11,386 nucleotides of DNA, from the sequence record PZ049719.1; one strand, 5' to 3'. The DNA comes from a phage. The notes below the pieces were generated by a model. It was given only the letters and a program-made list of their open reading frames with translations, did no database searches and was not told the origin of the DNA. Numbering within the stretch: position 1 is the first letter of the stretch; each line of letters starts with the position of its first letter. A program made the position numbers and the translations under genes. Below are positions 7,048 through 11,386 of the stretch, piece after piece.

Positions 7048-7133
7048 AGGAGCTCCCGTTACAGAAAAAGGGTGTCGTCATGCCTGTAAGCCATCCGGGT
7101 CTAGCGGCGACAGCTAGAACTGGCGACGCAGCT

Positions 7134-7766
7134 TTAGCCATTAACGGATGGTGGGTATTGCAGAACGTGGGCTGCAAAGTCCATCAGCGAGACGAAGCCG
7201 CACTGATCGGCTTTTCCTTCACGCTGTAGGTGGTAGCCACGCATGCCTTGCCCAATTGGACCAAGCATATCGGCTTGCAACGTGTCACCGATCATTGCGA
7301 TGGCGGAGGCTTCGCAGCCAAGCTGTTCGATCATCTGACGATAGATTGCAGGCTCAGGCTTTATTGCCCCAACCTCAAAGCTCCATCCGTAAACATCGAA
7401 CGACGGCAGTAACAGTTTGGCTGGAATCGCATATGGGGCTGCGAGATTGGAGCACAACGCGAGCTTCAGGCCGGCGTTCTTTAGCTGATTTAGCGACTCC
7501 AACGCATCATCGAAAAGGCGAACGCTGGCCAGCTCGGTGAAAAGGTCGCTTTCAAGGCTAGCTAACTCAGAGTTGCTCAACTGCGCACCGAAATAATCGG
7601 CAGCTCCAGCCAAACCCAGATTTCGAGTCATCAGAGTCCGTGCGTCATCCGGCCTTGGTGTTCTGCCCTGAAGCCGCAGGTGCTGCATCAGTTGGCGGAA
7701 AGGATGGCGACGCTCATCTATCTGGAGAAGCGTGCCAAACACATCGAAAACTACTGCTTGTATCAT
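7134..7766 (-). CDS. HAD-superfamily hydrolase, haloacid dehalogenase-like subfamily
   Basis: N-terminus MIQAVVFDVFGTLL carries HAD motif I with the nucleophilic Asp but Phe in place of the second Asp, the pattern seen in L-2-haloacid dehalogenase-type members rather than phosphatases. Later motifs (LALCSN, MIGDTLQADM) fit the fold. It lies 55 bp downstream of the SRAP gene on the same strand. Confidence 0.7.
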   Translation of the reverse strand: MIQAVVFDVFGTLLQIDERRHPFRQLMQHLRLQGRTPRPDDARTLMTRNLGLAGAADYFGAQLSNSELASLESDLFTELASVRLFDDALESLNQLKNAGLKLALCSNLAAPYAIPAKLLLPSFDVYGWSFEVGAIKPEPAIYRQMIEQLGCEASAIAMIGDTLQADMLGPIGQGMRGYHLQREGKADQCGFVSLMDFAAHVLQYPPSVNG

Positions 7767-7821
7767 GCCAGTACCACTACCGTTGGAGGCGAACCGACCA
7801 CCCGAAGAGCGATGCCGCCCC

Positions 7822-8478
7822 TCAGTTTTCTGAACTGGATTTCTTCAGAGGTGGCACGAAGAAGATGCGTCTTTGCGGGGGCGCTATCAGGATATCTGTC
7901 GACTTGATGCTTGTGCCTTTTCGACGCCTTGTTTTGCCGTTCTTGTCGACCGCCAGCAGATCACCGGTCGCGACAGCAATGTCGAGTGCCTGCTTTACGC
8001 GAAGCTCGTCAGCCATGGTGTAGTTGGTCAATCCGCTCATCAGACCCAAAAAAGGTTGCCGTTCTACCTCCCATAGGCCCGCTATCCCTAGCAGCCGCCC
8101 ATCGGCACGGGAAATTCGAGTAGGAATAGCCTTGCCTGTTCGCCAGTCGGGCTCATAGATCGCCACCGCAGGGATGATGCAGTGCTGTGCCTTCTTCCAT
8201 GCCTCCCTGAATGACCGCTTGACCGAGGCCGTCTCAGAACGGGCGTTGTAGGTGGACCGTGCCAGCTTTTTGTCGGCCCAGAAGGGCAGGAGCCCAAACA
8301 CTCCCACCTCAGCTTCAAATGGCAACACGGCGTCATCGTACGGGTCGACATTGCGAGGCTTGCGCAGGAACGGCCCGGCATAACCTGGCCACAATTCGAG
8401 CTTCTCCTGAGCGTCGAACTCGACACCAAACTCTTCTTGGAGACGCTCTGGGGTAGGGGCTTCGTAACGACTGCACAT
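7822..8478 (-). CDS. SOS response-associated peptidase (SRAP / YedK / DUF159 family; abasic-site processing protein)
   Basis: Start reassigned to the minus-strand ATG at 8478 (ORF track: 8526) so that the protein begins MCSRYE, placing the family's catalytic Cys at position 2. A GAGAGGTG Shine-Dalgarno lies just upstream. Further family-like motifs are YNARSETA and SFREAWKKAQHCIIPA. Confidence 0.75.
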   Translation of the reverse strand: MCSRYEAPTPERLQEEFGVEFDAQEKLELWPGYAGPFLRKPRNVDPYDDAVLPFEAEVGVFGLLPFWADKKLARSTYNARSETASVKRSFREAWKKAQHCIIPAVAIYEPDWRTGKAIPTRISRADGRLLGIAGLWEVERQPFLGLMSGLTNYTMADELRVKQALDIAVATGDLLAVDKNGKTRRRKGTSIKSTDILIAPPQRRIFFVPPLKKSSSEN

Positions 8479-8628
8479 AACACACCTCTCATTCGTCACT
8501 GTGCTGCTCGGTGTTGCGGCCCGCAACGCCTTGGCGAGTGGGATCTATGATTAGGACAATCTCTCGCGGCACCCCGCTTACTGAGTACATCCTTATACTG
8601 AACGCCTGCCTCCGACGATGGTGAATGC

Positions 8629-9585
8629 ATGTCGATAGATCAGCCCCTCCCTTTCTGGCGCAGAGCAGGAACATTTCTATGGGACTCAGTGCGTGAGGAC
8701 TGTGGGTATCCTGCAACGCTCATGAAGCTGATTAAGAGCCCAGTCAAACTTAATTCGCCCATCCAGGAAACAGCAAAAGGTATTGGCGCAGGAGCGGTTG
8801 TTAGGTGGCACGACTTCGGATCTCTTATTTATGAGCGCGGGATATATCGCGACAAGCTGAATGGATGGACCCACTGCCGCACCTATGGTCGGTATGGCTC
8901 GACTAGCATCGAATGCGCCCCACTATTGCGCGTTGGCAGCGAGATGCAGATCCAACGGTGGCGGTGCGATATCCAACAGGTAGATGGCTTCTCCGCGTCG
9001 AAATCCGAACTCAAGGAGTTCGCCACCATGGATGACATGGTGGTAAGGAACTCACCCGAGATGATCGACGAGATATCTCCGGCGAAGCTGGCGAAGAATC
9101 TGGCCTGGGATGAAATTCGGATCATCAGCCACGTCGATCACGATTATTTCGCCACTTGGGCTTGGGACGGACGCGTCTTTCTGATGAACTCCGGCGGTTC
9201 GCATCACTTCGCAGCTGCCAAGTACATCGCGGCGCGGCTTGAACAGCCGGTTGAGCTGACCGGAACCTATAAGATCTACGGGTTATGTGAGCAGGCTATA
9301 ACAGAACTCAGGCGTGAATACGGCATGTTCGTGTTGTCGCATGAGCCTGATGCTTGGTTGGGGTTCAACGAAGCTATGGCTCGCTTCAAGGCAACGTATT
9401 ATTGGAAGACATTGCCCCGCCCGCACAACCACCAGCGTTGCGCAATTTTTTTACCGCTAAAGGAGAAGCGCTCTGCCATGGTTGCGAGGATTCTCAAGGA
9501 AAACAATTTCCAGGACCTAGGCGCTTACTTGGCTGGCCTAGCTGCCCAGTCACAAGCGGTCATCAACAAAGTCAATCCGCCATAA
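8629..9585 (+). CDS. Hypothetical protein, 318 aa, no family assignable by inspection
   Basis: Long open frame with non-repetitive composition, divergent from the SRAP gene and convergent with the relaxase-like ORF. Contains a His/Asp-rich stretch (IISHVDHDYFATWAWDGRVFLMNSGGSHHF) that could be a metal or catalytic site. The start is uncertain: ATG 8629 has a weak GGTGA upstream, and an alternative ATG lies at 8722. Located in the more A+T-rich islet. Confidence 0.55.
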   Translation: MSIDQPLPFWRRAGTFLWDSVREDCGYPATLMKLIKSPVKLNSPIQETAKGIGAGAVVRWHDFGSLIYERGIYRDKLNGWTHCRTYGRYGSTSIECAPLLRVGSEMQIQRWRCDIQQVDGFSASKSELKEFATMDDMVVRNSPEMIDEISPAKLAKNLAWDEIRIISHVDHDYFATWAWDGRVFLMNSGGSHHFAAAKYIAARLEQPVELTGTYKIYGLCEQAITELRREYGMFVLSHEPDAWLGFNEAMARFKATYYWKTLPRPHNHQRCAIFLPLKEKRSAMVARILKENNFQDLGAYLAGLAAQSQAVINKVNPP

Positions 9586-9625
9586 TTAGGGTAGTCCAGA
9601 CCTCAGCGCAACTATCCAATGATAG

Positions 9626-10870
9626 CTAGTGATCATCCTGACTCTCACAAAGTTTGAGATTGGGATTATCCAGCATCTCAGTTGTGAATACGTCGCCGGG
9701 TTTTTTGAGCATATAACCCTTCAGTGTTTTCGTTTTACGAGGTCCAAAGACTTCGCACGTCCAGATGTTATGTCCGTTGCTCTTCTTAACGTGAAGCTTC
9801 AGCTTTTCGAACGACTTTTGGACCTGCAGCCATGGCTGTCCTTCGCCAGCCCTCGCTGAGAAGAGGGTCGGATGCTCTTGGGCATACCTTCTGAATATTT
9901 CAGGAGTCACCAGAAAAGCCGTGCCGTTGACGGTGTGAACCTTGGCTTTTGCATCATTGATAATGATCTTGTGGGTTCCTACACCCACTTTTAGCCAGTG
10001 CATGAAAAGGTGACCTAGCGTGTCGCCGATCGGGCCAGCGATGGTAGCGGTCGCGGCAGTGTCTGACTGAGCTTCGACCTCGGACGCCGCCGGCATCGCC
10101 GGGGCGGGTACCGAATTGGTCGGCGCGTCACGCATATCCATCAGATCCAGAAGGTAGTCCGTATCATCTACCTCATCGGGTTGCGGTCCATGGTCACTTG
10201 CGGGTTCGTCCCCTTGAGGCTCTGCCGCAACGGCATCGCCGCCCCCGGCAGTAAGGCTGGGCTTTTCCTCCTGCGCTTCGGAAGCTGCGGCAGGGGCTGC
10301 TTCTTCGTTGAGGACTTGCACCGAGCCGCCAAAAGGCTCCGGGCGGTCTTCGCCAGCTGCCCATATGAGTGAAGGTGAAACTCTCAAGAACGTGAATGCG
10401 TTCTTCCATCCCGTAGGGCTCAGGATTTCGGCATCCCAAATAGCTTTGCCAGCAGGATTCGCAACAATCAGGCCGTTATCCTGAAAGACATTGAAGAGAG
10501 TGGAGTTGCGGTCCGGAACACCCTCAATCCCTTGGCTGAGGAGGTGAGCACGCAGCCGATCCGAAACGGTCTTGCTGACCAGCCAGATCGCATCGGCCGT
10601 GATCCAGCCATCGGAAGCGTCTGGCTGATTCAACTTGAGCTCGTTCTTCACCAGGTAGCGCAGCCCATCGAGGAGCTGACGCTGAAGAGTGTTACGCGGT
10701 GCTGCCACAGCTCTGTCTGGATTGCCGCCAAGCTCATGGGCGACCGACGCCTGGTCAGACCTTACAACGATGTCCCCAAGAACCCCAGCGTGCTCAAACT
10801 GGCCAGCCAGTACGTACAGCAAAGCACCCCAGAGCTCTGGATTGGATGAGATCCATCCGATACCATTCAA
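9626..10870 (-). CDS. Hypothetical protein with a long acidic Ala/Pro-rich linker; possibly a 5'-truncated remnant of an ICE-type relaxase (TraI_2_C-like C-terminal region)
   Basis: The frame opens with TTG directly after an in-frame stop at 10871..10873, and the first internal ATG is about 245 codons in, so an intact N-terminus is doubtful. The upstream sequence in the same frame translates to non-protein-like text. A low-complexity segment (about 10000..10300) separates an N-terminal region from a basic C-terminal domain (...WTCEVFGPRKTKTLKGYMLKKPGDVF...). The resemblance to conjugative relaxase C-termini is a recollection, not a search result. Confidence 0.4.
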   Translation of the reverse strand: MNGIGWISSNPELWGALLYVLAGQFEHAGVLGDIVVRSDQASVAHELGGNPDRAVAAPRNTLQRQLLDGLRYLVKNELKLNQPDASDGWITADAIWLVSKTVSDRLRAHLLSQGIEGVPDRNSTLFNVFQDNGLIVANPAGKAIWDAEILSPTGWKNAFTFLRVSPSLIWAAGEDRPEPFGGSVQVLNEEAAPAAASEAQEEKPSLTAGGGDAVAAEPQGDEPASDHGPQPDEVDDTDYLLDLMDMRDAPTNSVPAPAMPAASEVEAQSDTAATATIAGPIGDTLGHLFMHWLKVGVGTHKIIINDAKAKVHTVNGTAFLVTPEIFRRYAQEHPTLFSARAGEGQPWLQVQKSFEKLKLHVKKSNGHNIWTCEVFGPRKTKTLKGYMLKKPGDVFTTEMLDNPNLKLCESQDDH

Positions 10871-11042
10871 TCAATGTACCCATAGAACGCATACGCGGAA
10901 TTCGTGTGTGCGTTGATTCGTGAGCGGCAGAGAGAGGGCATTCATTGGTGAAGCAGCGCTGCGGGGTTTAAGAGTGCTCAGCGAGCCTGCTCGAAGAGCC
11001 GGCGCCGTGCTGAAGCACGTGAACCGAAACGCCGCTCTGGCC

Positions 11043-11101
11043 CGGTAGCTGCCAGTCGTCACCGGCGGCAATCGGCCAAATGCTGCCTCCGGCAGCTACC
11101 G
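11043..11101. repeat. Perfect 11-bp inverted repeat (CGGTAGCTGCC / GGCAGCTACCG) separated by a 37-nt spacer
   Basis: Arms at 11043..11053 and 11091..11101 are exact reverse complements. It sits between the EamA gene stop (11134) and the relaxase-like ORF start (10870), at the edge of the lower-GC islet. No T/U run follows on either strand, so it is not a canonical intrinsic terminator. Confidence 0.5.
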
Positions 11102-11133
11102 ACCAAAGCCTCCACAGAATTCCATCCAAATAC

Positions 11134-11386
11134 TCATTGGCGCCTAGCCCACGGGGCAAACAGGGCGCGCAGCAGGCGGGATAAGAACTTGGGTACATCA
11201 ATCTCGGCGATCAGCAGAGCTGAAAAGATGAGAGCTGCACCGGCCAGGGTTCTTCCATCCAAGGTTTCGCCAAGGAGCATCGCTCCCGCGAATGCTGCGA
11301 AGATGGGCTCGAACAGGTAGGTCAGGGCTACTTTTTCTTCTTCGAGATACTTCTGCGCAGCACTCTGAACCGCGTACATGAAGGCT
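11134..11386 (-). CDS. EamA/DMT-family transporter, C-terminal part only; N-terminus beyond the window end
   Basis: The minus-strand frame is open from the window end to the stop at 11134..11136. Translation ...LTYLFEPIFAAFAGAMLLGETLDGRTLAGAALIFSALLIAEI... is the characteristic last transmembrane region of EamA/DMT proteins. The Met at 11379 used by the ORF track is internal. Confidence 0.65.
   Translation of the reverse strand, partial: AFMYAVQSAAQKYLEEEKVALTYLFEPIFAAFAGAMLLGETLDGRTLAGAALIFSALLIAEIDVPKFLSRLLRALFAPWARRQ

Noticed and set aside
7048-7133. Intrinsic terminator between the convergent CDF and HAD genes
   Set aside because: Only weak, short complementary segments without a convincing stem followed by a T-run on either strand.
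7148-7540. Plus-strand 130-aa ORF and neighbouring small ORFs
   Set aside because: Antisense to the HAD hydrolase gene, which has a recognisable motif I; the translation is Arg/Ser-rich.
7911-8492. ORFs 7873..8076 (+), 7911..8123 (+), 8088..8492 (-) and 8259..8456 (+)
   Set aside because: Alternate-frame or antisense ORFs within the SRAP gene, with Arg/Pro/Ser-rich composition.
8479-8526. Longer SRAP start at 8526, as in the ORF track
   Set aside because: It would add 16 residues ahead of the MCSR motif; the family requires Cys at position 2, and ATG 8478 has a GAGAGGTG Shine-Dalgarno.
8479-8628. Possible LexA (SOS) box upstream of the SRAP gene
   Set aside because: The nearest candidate (TACTGAGTACATCCTTATACTGAA around 8578..8601) has direct TACTGA repeats but lacks the CTGT-N8-ACAG dyad, so I do not call an SOS box.
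10181-10439. ORFs 10181..10372 (+) and 10194..10439 (-)
   Set aside because: They fall in the GC-rich low-complexity linker region of the relaxase-like ORF and read as Arg/Gly/Cys-rich nonsense.
10871-11201. Minus-strand ORFs 10871..11071 and 10968..11201, considered as the missing N-terminus of the relaxase-like protein or a frameshifted continuation
   Set aside because: Their translations are not protein-like and show no catalytic-domain motifs; the region is more plausibly non-coding promoter or boundary DNA containing the inverted repeat.
1-11386. CRISPR arrays, tRNA/rRNA genes, intact IS elements or terminal inverted repeats of transposons
   Set aside because: No regularly spaced direct repeats, no cloverleaf-like or rRNA-like segments and no transposase-like ORF were seen in any frame.

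Overview
This window reads as a Pseudomonas-like heavy-metal resistance locus followed by a more A+T-rich accessory islet. From the left: the 5' part of a czcC-like outer-membrane efflux gene (minus strand, runs off the window), a divergent OprD-family porin gene, and an overlapping OmpR-family response regulator / sensor histidine kinase pair (CzcR/CzcS-like). Next comes a visibly A+T-rich cassette encoding a small signal-peptide protein, a convergent MerR-family (CadR/ZntR/PbrR-like) regulator whose ORF runs abnormally into that cassette, and a MerR-type promoter driving a CDF-like transporter with an unusual N-terminal metal-binding domain. The right half holds a HAD-like hydrolase and an SRAP (YedK-like) gene in tandem, an unassigned 318-aa protein, a probable 5'-truncated relaxase-like ORF with a long low-complexity linker, and the 3' end of an EamA/DMT transporter gene. 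The signals I rate highest are a recurring ATTAC-N6-GTAAT palindrome upstream of four transcription units, the chimeric MerR 3' end, and the unassigned 318-aa protein. No rRNA, tRNA, CRISPR array or intact IS element was seen. All calls come from reading the sequence and ORF translations; no database search was run, and composition statements are by eye.
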